Assembly (NCBI GenBank): GCA_009694185.1
Contig: SHVR01000005.1
Coordinates: 10,468 to 74,467 of the forward strand
DNA length: 64,000 nucleotides
Reading direction: 5' to 3'
Source of the DNA: Alphaproteobacteria bacterium
Lineage (GTDB): Bacteria > Pseudomonadota > Alphaproteobacteria > SHVR01
Part shown: piece after piece, positions 33,952 to 44,115 of the stretch
Layout: each line of letters starts with the position of its first letter
Position numbering within the stretch: position 1 is the stretch's first letter
Program-made: the position numbers and the translations under genes
Notes under the pieces: model-generated
The model's input: only the letters and a program-made list of their open reading frames with translations
Databases searched by the model: none
What the model was told of the DNA's origin: nothing

Positions 33952-35109
33952 CTACCGGCCCTTGAAGTGGGGCATGACCTCTTCATGGACGCGCTGGAAC
34001 TGCTCCTGCATGACCGCCTGGGGCGTGGTCAGGCTGGTGCTGAGGTTGATGTGCTCCATGCCGGGGTAGCGTTCTTCCATTTGCTTCAACCGCTCGACCA
34101 GCTCGCCCGGCGTGCCGGCGAACCAGGCGCCGAGGCGCATGAAATGGTCGAGCGTCGGCACGCCGGCGGCGGCCCAGCCGCCGCGTCTGGCCACCGCCGC
34201 CACTTGCGCCGGTGTCACGCCCGGCACGAAGCCGAGGGGCGCGAACATCTTCACATGCTCTTCATAGAGGGGGGTCATCTCGCGGATCGCCTGCTCGCGG
34301 GTGTTGGCAAGGTGGAAGAAGATGCCGACGGTCAAGTTCTCGCCGAGCTTGAGCTGCTTGCCGGCCCTCGCCGCCGCGTCCCGATAGGCCTGGATCGGGC
34401 CTTCGGCCATGGTCGCGGCGCCGCCGCCGACCAGGCCCTTGATGCCGTGCCGGATCATGAAATCGAGGCCGCGGGCGCTGGCGCTCACCACCGGCTGCCA
34501 GCATTCGACCGGCAGATGGATGGGGCGCGGCACCAGGGTCAACTCCTTAAGATCATAACCGCGATAGGGCACGTTCGGCGGCAGGGTGTAATGCTTGCCC
34601 TTGTGTGAGAAGGACTCCTGGTCGAACGCCTTGAAGACGATCTCGACCTGCTCCTCGAAGAGTTCGCGGTTGGCGTCCTGGTCGAGCATGGGTGCCCCGA
34701 AAGTCTCGACCTCGCGGGTGTGATAGCCGCGCCCGACGCCGAAGATCGTGCGGCCCTTGGTCAGAATGTCGGCGGTGGCGAAATCCTCGGCCAGGCGCAA
34801 GGGATGCCACATGGGCGCGATGTTGAAACCGCAGCCGATCTTGAGCTGTTTGGTGACATGCGCGAGATGCACCGCCAGCATCAGGATGTTGGGGAGGACC
34901 TCGTAGCCCTCATGCTGGAAATGATGCTCGGCGAGCCAGAGCGTGTCCCAGCCATATTTGTCCATCGTCTTGGCGATGGCCTCGGTCTTCTCGAACACCG
35001 CGGCCAGTTGCTCGTTGGAATAGCGCCGCTCGTTGGCGGGTGTCGTGTCCTGGCCCCTGTCCGGCAGGTCGATATGGCCCGGATAGACGGTGACGAACTT
35101 GGTGATCAT
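33952..35109 (-). CDS. LLM-class (luciferase-like) flavin-dependent oxidoreductase
   Basis: It has a bacterial-luciferase-like TIM-barrel sequence pattern and is 385 aa long. Confidence 0.8.
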   Translation of the reverse strand: MITKFVTVYPGHIDLPDRGQDTTPANERRYSNEQLAAVFEKTEAIAKTMDKYGWDTLWLAEHHFQHEGYEVLPNILMLAVHLAHVTKQLKIGCGFNIAPMWHPLRLAEDFATADILTKGRTIFGVGRGYHTREVETFGAPMLDQDANRELFEEQVEIVFKAFDQESFSHKGKHYTLPPNVPYRGYDLKELTLVPRPIHLPVECWQPVVSASARGLDFMIRHGIKGLVGGGAATMAEGPIQAYRDAAARAGKQLKLGENLTVGIFFHLANTREQAIREMTPLYEEHVKMFAPLGFVPGVTPAQVAAVARRGGWAAAGVPTLDHFMRLGAWFAGTPGELVERLKQMEERYPGMEHINLSTSLTTPQAVMQEQFQRVHEEVMPHFKGR

Positions 35110-35196
35110 GGCTTGGCTCCTCGGCTAGGCGCGCTCCTGGCCAGAACATCAACAGAGGCCACCTTGCTTGTCCAGGTGGGGGCTTGTCCAGCCGGC

Positions 35197-36324
35197 TCAA
35201 TCCGCCTTGGCGATATGGTTGCGGCGCTTGGCGATGGTGCTTACCGGCACCAGCACGAAACCGCGCTCGGCCACGCTCGGCAGCCACGCCGCCAGCTCGC
35301 CGAGTGTGGCGTCATGAGGGTGGCCGATGGCGACCGCATGGCCGGCCTTTCGCGCCAGGCGCTCGAACTGGTCGAGCTGGTGGCGCACGGCGGCGCGCGT
35401 CGGCACGTTGTCGAGGAAGATATCCCGCGCCACCGACGGCACGCCCAGTTGCCGCGATAGGCCCTCGGCGACGCTGGCACCGGTCGTGCGCGAGTCGAGA
35501 AACAACAGCCCGCGCAATCGGAGCTCGGCCATGACCACGCGCATGCCGGCCGTCTCCGCCGTAAAGCGGCTGCCCATATGATTGTTGATGCCGACATAGC
35601 CCTCGAAGCGGCCGAGGGCGGCACGCAGGCGCGCCAGGATCAGGGCCTCGCCCAGACCCGTCTCGAGGGCATCGGGTCCCGGGTCGAGGCCCGCGCCCAT
35701 GGGCTGCATCGGCATGTGCAGGAGAAGCTCATGGCCCCGGGCGCGCGCCTCCGCCGCCTGCTTCGCGAGTTCGGGTCCATAGGGCAGAAACGCCATGGTG
35801 AGCGGTCCCATGAGGTGAAGCGCCCGCCCCGTGCGGGTCCGATCGAGACCGAGATCGTCGATGACCACGGCCAGCATCGGCTTGCCATCGCTCTCCAGCA
35901 CGGCGACGGCGTTGCTGAGCCAGGCGCCCGTGTCGGGAAGCGCCGGCGCCGGCGGTGGCGGCGGATCGGGAAACGGCAGCGGCCGGGCCGCTACCCCCCG
36001 GTCCCGGGGCGTGTGCGGCACGATGTCCAACGGCGGCTGTTCCCCCGGGGCTGGCCGGATCGCCCGTGGCGCCGTCCAGGGCGGCGGCAGAACCCGTTCG
36101 GGATCGTCGCCGACCACCACTTCCGGAGCCGGTGGCGCTGGCTCGGCGGGCGGAGGCAAGGGCAACACCAGCGCCGCTTCGGCCGCGTCTATGGCCTCCG
36201 ACGCAATGGTGCGGTCGGGGCTCCATTGCCCGAGCCCGAGCCACCCGGCCAGGGCCAGCACGAGCAGCGCCGACGCAATCCAGATGATGGCCCGCCGCAC
36301 TTTGATCCGATCAATCCATCGCAC
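35197..36324 (-). CDS. divergent polysaccharide deacetylase family protein (YibQ-like) with N-terminal TM helix and Pro-rich linker
   Basis: It has a signal-anchor, a PPPAP-rich low-complexity region, and a C-terminal DUF610/YibQ-like deacetylase fold. Confidence 0.7.
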   Translation of the reverse strand: MRWIDRIKVRRAIIWIASALLVLALAGWLGLGQWSPDRTIASEAIDAAEAALVLPLPPPAEPAPPAPEVVVGDDPERVLPPPWTAPRAIRPAPGEQPPLDIVPHTPRDRGVAARPLPFPDPPPPPAPALPDTGAWLSNAVAVLESDGKPMLAVVIDDLGLDRTRTGRALHLMGPLTMAFLPYGPELAKQAAEARARGHELLLHMPMQPMGAGLDPGPDALETGLGEALILARLRAALGRFEGYVGINNHMGSRFTAETAGMRVVMAELRLRGLLFLDSRTTGASVAEGLSRQLGVPSVARDIFLDNVPTRAAVRHQLDQFERLARKAGHAVAIGHPHDATLGELAAWLPSVAERGFVLVPVSTIAKRRNHIAKAD

Positions 36325-36436
36325 CCGCTTTGCCTAGTCGGCGGCGCCCTTCGCGTAAAGCGGAAACTGGAGCGCGCTTTTCGCCGCTCGCCCCAACCTG
36401 TTATAAGGACCCGGGTCCCCGTGGGAGGCCAAGGCC

Positions 36437-37063
36437 ATGTTCCTCTTGATCGACAACTATGACAGTTTCACCTACAACCTGATGCATTTCGTGGGTGAGT
36501 TGGGCGCCGAGGTCAGGGTCTGCCGCAACGACGCGCTCACCGCCGCCGAAGCCATGGCCATGGCGCCCGAAGGCATCGTTCTCTCGCCCGGACCGTGTGA
36601 TCCCGACCGGGCGGGCATCTGCCTCGACTTGATCTTGGCCGCCGCCGGCAAGCTGCCGGTGCTGGGTGTGTGCCTAGGGCACCAGGCGGTCGGCCAGGCG
36701 TTTGGCGGTCGCATCGTGCGCGCGCCGGAATGCATGCATGGCAAGCTCTCGCGCATCCATCACAAGGGCACGGGCATCTTCAAGGGCCTGCCCAACCCCT
36801 TCGAGGCGACGCGCTATCACTCGCTCGTCGTCGAGCGGGCGAGCCTGCCGGACTGCTTCGAGATTATCGCCGAAACCGAAGACGGCCTGATCATGGCGAT
36901 CGAACATAAGGGCCTGCCCATCCAGGGCGTGCAGTTCCACCCCGAAAGCATCGCCTCCGAGCATGGCCATGCGTTGCTCGGAAATTTCCTGGCGAGTGCG
37001 ACCAACGGCCGCTTGCCGTCGCGGGCACCCCAACCCCTGCCGCCGCGCCGCGTCGCCGCATGA
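36437..37063 (+). CDS. trpG: anthranilate synthase component II (glutamine amidotransferase)
   Basis: It starts [15 protein letters not shown] and carries the GATase catalytic triad (GVCLGHQ...HPE). Confidence 0.95.
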   Translation: MFLLIDNYDSFTYNLMHFVGELGAEVRVCRNDALTAAEAMAMAPEGIVLSPGPCDPDRAGICLDLILAAAGKLPVLGVCLGHQAVGQAFGGRIVRAPECMHGKLSRIHHKGTGIFKGLPNPFEATRYHSLVVERASLPDCFEIIAETEDGLIMAIEHKGLPIQGVQFHPESIASEHGHALLGNFLASATNGRLPSRAPQPLPPRRVAA

Positions 37064-38106
37064 GCGAGGCCGCCCCCGATCTGAAGCCGCTGCTGGCGCA
37101 TATCGCGGCCGGCCGAACGCTGAGCGAGAAGGAGGCGGAGGCAGCCTTCGACATCATCATGTCCGGCAACGCGACGGCGGCCCAGATCGGTGCCTTCCTG
37201 ATGGGGTTGCGCGTGCGCGGCGAGAGCGTCGACGAGATCACGGCCGGCGCCAGGATCATGCGCCGCAAAGCCCTTGCCATCGAGGCGCCCGCCGGCGCCA
37301 TCGACACTTGCGGCACCGGCGGCGACAATTCCGGCACGCTCAACATCTCGACCGCCACGGCCCTGGTGGTGGCGGCGGCTGGCGTGCCGGTCGCCAAGCA
37401 CGGCAATCGCAGCCTCTCGTCCCGGTCCGGCTCGGCCGACGTGCTGACGGCTCTCGGTGTCGACATCCAGGCCGACATGAGCCTGGTGCGCCAGTGCTTG
37501 TGGGAGAACCGGATCGGCTTCCTGATGGCGCCGCGTCATCATGGCGCCATGCGGCATGTGGCGGCGGCCAGGGTCGAACTCGGCACGCGGACGATCTTCA
37601 ATCTGCTCGGCCCCCTCTCGAACCCCGCCGGCGCCAAGCGCCAACTCGTCGGTGTCTTCGCCGAGGAATGGGTCGAGCCGCTCGCCCGAGTGCTGGGCAA
37701 TCTCGGCGCCGAGCGGGCCTGGGTCGTCCATGGCGGCGACGGATTGGACGAGCTGACGACGACCGGCCCGTCGCACGTCGCCGAATATTATGAGGGGCGC
37801 GTGCGGCGCTTCACCGTGACGCCGGCCGATGCCGGCTTGCCCCTCGGCCGGAGCCAAGACCTCAAGGGCGGCGACCCGGCCGAGAATGCCGCCGCCTTGC
37901 GGGCGCTCCTTGCCGGCCAAGCCGGGGCCTATCGCGATATCGTACTGCTGAACAGTGCCGCCGCCTTGCTGGTGGCGGGTGCCGTCCCGAATCTTGTCGA
38001 GGGCGTTGCGCGGGCACGGGCGGCCATTGATGGCGGCCAGGCGGCGGTCGTGCTGGCGGAGCTCGTCGCCATCACCAATACGCCGCCGGGCGCTCGTGCC
38101 CCATGA
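37060..38106 (+). CDS. trpD: anthranilate phosphoribosyltransferase
   Basis: The GTGGD motif and the PRT fold are present. It overlaps the trpG stop. Confidence 0.95.
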   Translation: MSEAAPDLKPLLAHIAAGRTLSEKEAEAAFDIIMSGNATAAQIGAFLMGLRVRGESVDEITAGARIMRRKALAIEAPAGAIDTCGTGGDNSGTLNISTATALVVAAAGVPVAKHGNRSLSSRSGSADVLTALGVDIQADMSLVRQCLWENRIGFLMAPRHHGAMRHVAAARVELGTRTIFNLLGPLSNPAGAKRQLVGVFAEEWVEPLARVLGNLGAERAWVVHGGDGLDELTTTGPSHVAEYYEGRVRRFTVTPADAGLPLGRSQDLKGGDPAENAAALRALLAGQAGAYRDIVLLNSAAALLVAGAVPNLVEGVARARAAIDGGQAAVVLAELVAITNTPPGARAP

Positions 38107-38927
38107 GCGATACGCTGGAGCGCATTCTCGCCGACAAGCGCCAGGAAGTGGCCCGGCGCCAATCGACCCGGCCACTGACGGCCATCGAGGCCGCCGCCCG
38201 CGCCCAGACGCCACCCCGGGGCTTTGCCGACCGGCTCAAAGCGGCGATTGCCGGCGGCCGTTACGGATTGATTGCCGAGATCAAGAAGGCCTCGCCCAGC
38301 CGCGGCCTCATCCGGGCCGATTTCGATCCCGCCAGCCTTGCCCGCGCCTATGGGCAAGGTGGCGCCACCTGCCTCTCGGTGCTGACCGACGGACCCTGGT
38401 TCCAGGGCGCCGACGCCGATCTCCAGGCGGCCCGAGCGGCGGTGGATTTGCCGGTCTTGCGCAAGGACTTCATGCTCGATCCTTACCAAATCATCGAGGC
38501 CCGGGCGATCGGCGCCGATTGCGTGCTGCTGATCCTGGCCGCCCTCGACGCCGGCACCGCCCAGCAATTGGAACACCAGGCGCACGCATGGGGTATGGAT
38601 GTCTTACTTGAAGTTCATGACGAACATGAATTGACGCGCGCCCTCGCGATGAAATCCACGCTCATCGGCATCAATAACCGTAATCTCAAAAGTTTACAGG
38701 TTGATCTTGCGACCACGGAGCGCTTGGCGCGGCTGGTTCCGCCTGGCCGACTGATGGTCAGCGAAAGTGGCATTCGCACACCCGGCGATCTGGCGCGTCT
38801 GGCCACGGTGGGCGCCCGCTGCTTCCTGGTGGGCGAGCATCTGATGAGCCAAGCCGATGTCACAGCCGCGACCCGCGCGTTGCTGGCGCCAGTCGGGATG
38901 GACAAGGCGGCGGTCGCGGGAGATTGA
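38103..38927 (+). CDS. trpC: indole-3-glycerol phosphate synthase
   Basis: [19 protein letters not shown] and the IGPS TIM-barrel pattern are present. Confidence 0.95.
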   Translation: MSDTLERILADKRQEVARRQSTRPLTAIEAAARAQTPPRGFADRLKAAIAGGRYGLIAEIKKASPSRGLIRADFDPASLARAYGQGGATCLSVLTDGPWFQGADADLQAARAAVDLPVLRKDFMLDPYQIIEARAIGADCVLLILAALDAGTAQQLEHQAHAWGMDVLLEVHDEHELTRALAMKSTLIGINNRNLKSLQVDLATTERLARLVPPGRLMVSESGIRTPGDLARLATVGARCFLVGEHLMSQADVTAATRALLAPVGMDKAAVAGD

Positions 38928-38930
38928 GCT

Positions 38931-39410
38931 TTGACCGACCTCACCCATTTCGATGCCGAAGGCCGCGCCGTCATGGTGGACGTCTCGGACAAGCCCACAA
39001 GTGCCCGGACCGCCATCGCCGCCGGCCGGGTGATCATGCGGAGCGAGACCTTGCGGCTGGTGCAGGCGGGCGGCGTCACCAAGGGCGACGTGCTGGGCGT
39101 GGCGCGCCTCGCCGGCATCATGGCGGCCAAACGCACCGCCGAATTGATCCCGCTTTGCCACCCCTTGCCGCTCGCCTCGGTGACACTGGAGCTGGTATGC
39201 GATCCCGCCGGCCCAGCGGTCGACATTCGCGCCACCTGCAAGGTTACAGGTCGGACGGGGGTCGAAATGGAAGCCTTGACTGCAGTTTCCGTGGCGGCCC
39301 TCACCATTTACGACATGTGCAAGGCGGTTGATCGCGGCATGCGCATCGAGGCGATCCACCTGGTCCATAAATCGGGCGGGAAGTCCGGCACTTACGACGC
39401 CAAGCCATGA
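38931..39410 (+). CDS. moaC: cyclic pyranopterin monophosphate synthase MoaC
   Basis: HFD..G.A.MVDVS.K and the CHPLPL motif are present. The start is a TTG at 38931. Confidence 0.93.
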   Translation: MTDLTHFDAEGRAVMVDVSDKPTSARTAIAAGRVIMRSETLRLVQAGGVTKGDVLGVARLAGIMAAKRTAELIPLCHPLPLASVTLELVCDPAGPAVDIRATCKVTGRTGVEMEALTAVSVAALTIYDMCKAVDRGMRIEAIHLVHKSGGKSGTYDAKP

Positions 39411-40621
39411 TCTCGGTGAAGGACGCCCGGGCGCGCATCCTGGCCGGCGTGGCGGCGCTCGCCGAAGAACAGGTAAGCCTCGCCAACGCCCATGGCCGGG
39501 TCCTGGCGCGGGCCATGGTGTCGCGCCGCACGCAACCACCCTTCGCGGTCTCGGCCATGGACGGCTACGCGGTCCGGGGCGCCGATGTGGCAACGGCACC
39601 CACAATTTTGCGCCAAGTCGGCGCAGTCGCCGCCGGCACCAGCTTCACCGGCCATGTGGGTCAGGGCGAGACCGTGCGCATCTTCACCGGAGCCCCACTC
39701 CCCGACGGCGCCGACACGATCGTGATCCAGGAAGACGTCACCGCCGAGGGCGACCGCATCGCGGTCAACGCGGCGACGGCGACCGGCCGCTATGTCCGCC
39801 CCGCCGGGCTGGATTTTGGGCAAGGCGAGGCCCTGCTTGCGGCCGGCCGCCTGCTGACCGCCCGCGATGTCGGCCTTGCCGCCGCCATGAACCTGCCCTG
39901 GCTGCCGGTTCGCCGCCAGCCGCAAGTGGCGCTGATCGCGACCGGCGACGAAATCGCCTTACCCGGCGATCCGATCGGCCCCCATCAAATCGTGAGCTCC
40001 AATGGGCCGGCCATGGCGGCCTTGGTGGGTGGCTCGGGCGGCATTGTCCGTGACCTCGGTATCGCGGCGGATACTCGCCAGTCGCTCCAGGCGCTCGCCC
40101 TCGGTGCGCGTGGCGCCGATGTGCTGGTGACTTTGGGCGGTGCCTCGGTCGGCGAGCACGATCTGGTGCAATCGGCGCTCAAGGAACAGGGCCTCGCCGT
40201 CGACTTCTGGCAGATCGCCATGCGGCCCGGCAAACCGCTGATGTTTGGCCGGCTGGGGGAGACCCTGGTATTGGGCCTGCCGGGCAATCCGGTCTCGTCC
40301 ATGGTCTGCGCGTTGTTGTTTCTCCGGCCGCTGCTGGCGGCCCTCCTCGGCCTTGCCGACACCGACCCGCCACGGGCGCGCGCCACCCTGGGGGCACCCC
40401 TTGGCGCCAACGACCGGCGCGAAGACTATCTGCGGGCGCAGCTCGACCACGATGCGACCGGCGGCCTCGTCGCCACGCCCTTCAAGGTCCAAGACAGCTC
40501 GATGCTCTCCTGGCTGGCGCGGGCCGATTGCCTGATCCTGCGCCCGCCCCTCGCCTCTGCCCTAAATGCCGGCGCTACGGTCGAGATCATTCCGTTCCGG
40601 GCGGACCCCGGCGGCTTTTGA
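39407..40621 (+). CDS. moeA: molybdopterin molybdenumtransferase MoeA
   Basis: It has the MoeA N and C domains and the GGVSVG-type motif (GGASVGEHD). Confidence 0.93.
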   Translation: MISVKDARARILAGVAALAEEQVSLANAHGRVLARAMVSRRTQPPFAVSAMDGYAVRGADVATAPTILRQVGAVAAGTSFTGHVGQGETVRIFTGAPLPDGADTIVIQEDVTAEGDRIAVNAATATGRYVRPAGLDFGQGEALLAAGRLLTARDVGLAAAMNLPWLPVRRQPQVALIATGDEIALPGDPIGPHQIVSSNGPAMAALVGGSGGIVRDLGIAADTRQSLQALALGARGADVLVTLGGASVGEHDLVQSALKEQGLAVDFWQIAMRPGKPLMFGRLGETLVLGLPGNPVSSMVCALLFLRPLLAALLGLADTDPPRARATLGAPLGANDRREDYLRAQLDHDATGGLVATPFKVQDSSMLSWLARADCLILRPPLASALNAGATVEIIPFRADPGGF

Positions 40622-40630
40622 GGGTGGGTT

Positions 40631-43600
40631 ATGGCGAACGCGACAAACCCGGACAAGGTCGGCGATTGGCTGGGCGGGCTGGGGCTCGAGCAATACGCCG
40701 CGGCCTTCCGCGATAACGCCATCGATGTCGAGGTCCTGCCCGACCTGACCGCCGACGACCTCAAGGATCTCGGGGTCGGCCTGGTCGGCCATCGGCGCAA
40801 GCTGTTGGCGGCGATCGCGGCCCTACGCGACGTTGCAACCCTACCCGACGGCGCACCGGCGGCGCGAGAGGCGCCCGGCCCTGCTCCGCCCACCGACATG
40901 GCCGAGCGCCGCCAACTCACCATCCTGTTCTGCGATCTGGTCGGCTCGACCGAGCTGGCCCTGCGGCTCGACCTGGAGGATCTCCGCGAGGTCATCGCCG
41001 GCTATCACCGTCGGGTAAGCGAGCTATTGACCCGCCACGGTGGTTTTATCGCCAAGTTCATGGGCGACGGCGTGCTCGCCTATTTCGGCTATCCCGGGGC
41101 GCATGAGGACGACGCGGAGCGCTCGGTGCGAGCCGGTCTCGCCATCGCCGAGGCGATCGGGCACCTCGCCTCGCCGGCGCCGCTCCGAGTGCGCATCGGC
41201 ATCGCCACCGGCCTGGTCGTGGTCGGCGATCTGCTCGGCTCGGGCGCCTCGCGAGAGCAGGCGGTGGTCGGTGAAACGCCCAACCTCGCGGCGCGCCTGC
41301 AAGCGCTGGCCGAGCCGAACGCGGTGATCGTCGCGGATAGCACGCGGCGGCAGTTGGGTGCCTTGTTCGAGACCCAGGATCTCGGGCCGCGGACGTTGAA
41401 GGGCTTTTCCGAGGCACAGCGGGCCTGGCGGGTGATCGGCGAGAGCGGGGTCGAAAGCCGGTTCGCCGCCTTTCGCACCAGCGAGACGCCATTGGTCGGC
41501 CGCGCGGAGGAACTCGACCTGCTGCTGCGGCGCTGGAGCCAGGCGAAGGGCCGAGAGGGCCGCGTGGTGCTGCTCGCGGCCGAGCCGGGGATTGGCAAGT
41601 CGCGGTTGACCGAGGCGCTGGTCGAGCGCATCGCTGGCGAAGCACCGGTGGTGCTGCGGTATTTCTGCTCGCCGCATCACGAGGACAGTGCGTTGTACCC
41701 CGTCATCGCTCAGCTCGAACGGGCGGCCGGATTTACGCGCGCCGACCCGCCGGCCGCGAAACACGCGAAACTCCGGGCGCTGCTCGCCGGCAGCGCTTCG
41801 GTTGCTGACGATCTGCCGCTCCTCGCCGAGCTGTTGTCGCTGCCGGGTGGACCATCCATGTCGGCGCTGGAGATGCCGCCACAGCGCAAAAAAGAGCTGT
41901 CGTTCGAGGCGCTCCTCCGCCAACTCGAAGCCCTCGCCCACCGCCAGCCGGTGCTGATGCTGTTCGAGGACCTGCATTGGATCGACCCGACCACCCGCGA
42001 GCTGCTCGATCGCACCATCCAGCGGGTCGAAGGTCTGCCGGTGCTGCTGATCGCCACATTCCGGCCGGAGTTCCAATCGCCCTGGACCGGCCAACCCCAT
42101 GTCACGATGCTGGCATTGTCCCGGCTCGGCCGCCGTGATGGTGCCACGCTGGTGCGCCAGCTCCTGGCCGACGCGGCGGCGCTGCCAGCGGAGACCGTCG
42201 CGGAAATCGTCGAACGCACCGACGGCGTGCCCTTGTTTCTCGAAGAGGTGACCAAGGTCGTTCTCGAAGCAGCCCTGTCGAGTACGGCGGGCGGCACGGT
42301 CGCGGCGCTGCCGGGTACTCGGCTTGCCGTGCCGCCAACCTTGCAGGCCTCGCTGATGGCTCGGCTCGACCGGCTCGGGGCCGCGGCCCGGGATGCCGCC
42401 CAGACCGGTGCCGCGATCGGCCGCAATTTTTCCCACGAGCTGCTGCTGGCCGCCTCGCGGCAGAGCGAAGCCGAAACAGGCGCGGCGCTCGACGGCCTGG
42501 TGTCGGCGGGCCTGGTCTTTCAGCGCGGCGTCCCGCCCCAGGCCGAATACCAGTTCAAGCACGCGCTGATCCAGGACACCGCCTACGGCACCCTGTTGCG
42601 CGGCCCGCGCCAGGCCCTGCACGCGCGCATCGCCCGGGCGATGCGGGAACGATCTCCGGACATCGTCGAACGGTCGCCCGAATTTCTCGCCCATCACCTG
42701 ACCGAAGCGGGCGAGTTCGAGCGCGCTGCGACATTTTGGCTGGCGGCCGGGCGGCGCGCGGCGGACCGCTCGGCCAACATCGAGGTGGCCGCGCATCTGG
42801 CGCGCGGTATCGCGGCACTGAGCGGGCTGCCGGAGACGCCGGAGCGCGACGGCCAAGAGCTTGCCTTGCAGTTGGCGATCGGTCCGGCGCTGCTGTCGAA
42901 CCGGGGATTTGCGGCCCCCGAAGCCAGGGGCGCTTATCAGCGTGCCCGGGACGTGGCGGAGCGGCTCGACGACGATCGGGCGCGGTTCGCCGCGACCTGG
43001 GGACTATGGCTTACCGCCCTAGGCAGTGAGCGCGGGAATGAAAACCGCCTACGGTACCTTGGCGAGCTGGTCGAACTCGCCGATCGGATCGGCGATCCCG
43101 AGCTGACTTTGCAGGCGCATCACTCGGCCTGGGCCACCTGGATGTATGGTGGCGATTTCATCCGCGGACAAGATCACATTCGCCAAGGCCTCGCCCTCTA
43201 CGACCCCGACAAGCATCGCCACCACGCCCTGATGTATGGCGGTCACGATCCCGGGGTCTGCTGCAAGGGGGGAGGTGCCTTGGCCCTATGGGCGCTCGGC
43301 TATCCCGATCAGGCGGCCGAAAGCGCCCGCGAGGGCATCGCTCTCGCCGAATCGCTCGGTCATGTGCCCAGTGTCCTGCATGCCTTGTGGTTCGCCGGGA
43401 CGCTTTACCATCTGCGGCGGGACGCCGGGGCGACGCTCGATTGTGCCGAGCGCCTGCTGGCGCTCGGCCGGGAACACGGCCTGATGCAATATCTGGCGGT
43501 CGGCGGCATCCTGCATGGCTGGGCACAGACCCAATCTCGCATTGGAGAAGAGGGCTTGGCCGAACTCCGGTCCTCTGTCGGCATATACGAAGCAACCACC

Positions 43601-44002
43601 ACGGTCATGTTGGACGTGTATTGCACGGTCCTGACCAAGGCGGAGCTCGATGCCGGCAATGTGGCGCAGGCCGCGGCTGCTCTCGTCGAGACCGAGAGAG
43701 TCGGCAGGGGTTTTTGGCGGGCCGAGTGCCTGCGCCTCAAGGGTGACTTGCAGCGGCGCGGGCCAGTCCCGGACAGCGCCACCGCCGAGCAATTCTACCT
43801 GGAAGCAATTACCGTTGCGCGGGCGCAGCAGGCCAGGTCGCTTGAATTGCGCGCCGCCACCGGCCTGGTCCGGCTGTGGCGCGACGAGGGCCGGCGCGAC
43901 GAGGCCCGCGATCTGCTCGCGCCGCTCTATGGCTGGTTCGCCGAGGGGCTCGACACACCCGACCTCGTCGAGGCGAAGACCCTGCTTGATAGCCTCGTGT
44001 GA
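40631..44002 (+). CDS. multidomain signalling protein: SAM domain / class III adenylate-guanylate cyclase / STAND-type AAA ATPase / TPR-like helical repeats (1123 aa)
   Basis: SAM domain at residues about 8-70 (WLGGLGLEQYAAAFRDNAIDVEVLPDLTADDLKDLGV...GHRRKLL). Cyclase homology domain with the metal-binding Asp pair (FCDLVGST, FMGDGVLAY) and the transition-state Asn/Arg (ETPNLAARLQ). Walker A (AEPGIGKSRL) and Walker B (LMLFEDLHW). The C-terminus is about 500 aa of TPR-like helices. Confidence 0.9.
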   Translation: MANATNPDKVGDWLGGLGLEQYAAAFRDNAIDVEVLPDLTADDLKDLGVGLVGHRRKLLAAIAALRDVATLPDGAPAAREAPGPAPPTDMAERRQLTILFCDLVGSTELALRLDLEDLREVIAGYHRRVSELLTRHGGFIAKFMGDGVLAYFGYPGAHEDDAERSVRAGLAIAEAIGHLASPAPLRVRIGIATGLVVVGDLLGSGASREQAVVGETPNLAARLQALAEPNAVIVADSTRRQLGALFETQDLGPRTLKGFSEAQRAWRVIGESGVESRFAAFRTSETPLVGRAEELDLLLRRWSQAKGREGRVVLLAAEPGIGKSRLTEALVERIAGEAPVVLRYFCSPHHEDSALYPVIAQLERAAGFTRADPPAAKHAKLRALLAGSASVADDLPLLAELLSLPGGPSMSALEMPPQRKKELSFEALLRQLEALAHRQPVLMLFEDLHWIDPTTRELLDRTIQRVEGLPVLLIATFRPEFQSPWTGQPHVTMLALSRLGRRDGATLVRQLLADAAALPAETVAEIVERTDGVPLFLEEVTKVVLEAALSSTAGGTVAALPGTRLAVPPTLQASLMARLDRLGAAARDAAQTGAAIGRNFSHELLLAASRQSEAETGAALDGLVSAGLVFQRGVPPQAEYQFKHALIQDTAYGTLLRGPRQALHARIARAMRERSPDIVERSPEFLAHHLTEAGEFERAATFWLAAGRRAADRSANIEVAAHLARGIAALSGLPETPERDGQELALQLAIGPALLSNRGFAAPEARGAYQRARDVAERLDDDRARFAATWGLWLTALGSERGNENRLRYLGELVELADRIGDPELTLQAHHSAWATWMYGGDFIRGQDHIRQGLALYDPDKHRHHALMYGGHDPGVCCKGGGALALWALGYPDQAAESAREGIALAESLGHVPSVLHALWFAGTLYHLRRDAGATLDCAERLLALGREHGLMQYLAVGGILHGWAQTQSRIGEEGLAELRSSVGIYEATTTVMLDVYCTVLTKAELDAGNVAQAAAALVETERVGRGFWRAECLRLKGDLQRRGPVPDSATAEQFYLEAITVARAQQARSLELRAATGLVRLWRDEGRRDEARDLLAPLYGWFAEGLDTPDLVEAKTLLDSLV

Positions 44003-44035
44003 GTTGGGCGTCGGGCCGGCCTTGACAGGGTCAGG

Positions 44036-44050
44036 GAACCAAACTAGAAC
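44036..44050 (+). promoter_or_regulatory. alphaproteobacterial LexA (SOS) box GAAC-N7-GAAC upstream of lexA
   Basis: The exact direct-repeat GAACcaaactaGAAC lies about 66 nt upstream of the lexA start. A degenerate second copy, GTTTtggttttGTTC, is at 44060..44074. Confidence 0.8.
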
Positions 44051-44115
44051 ATGTGTTGAGTTTTGGTTTTGTTCCAGATATAGTGGTTTTCGACGCTGGC
44101 AACGAAGAATGAGGG

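Noticed and set aside
41024-42856. 610-aa ORF antisense to the cyclase-STAND gene
   Set aside because: The sense-strand protein has intact cyclase, Walker A/B and TPR signatures. The antisense ORF is low-complexity.
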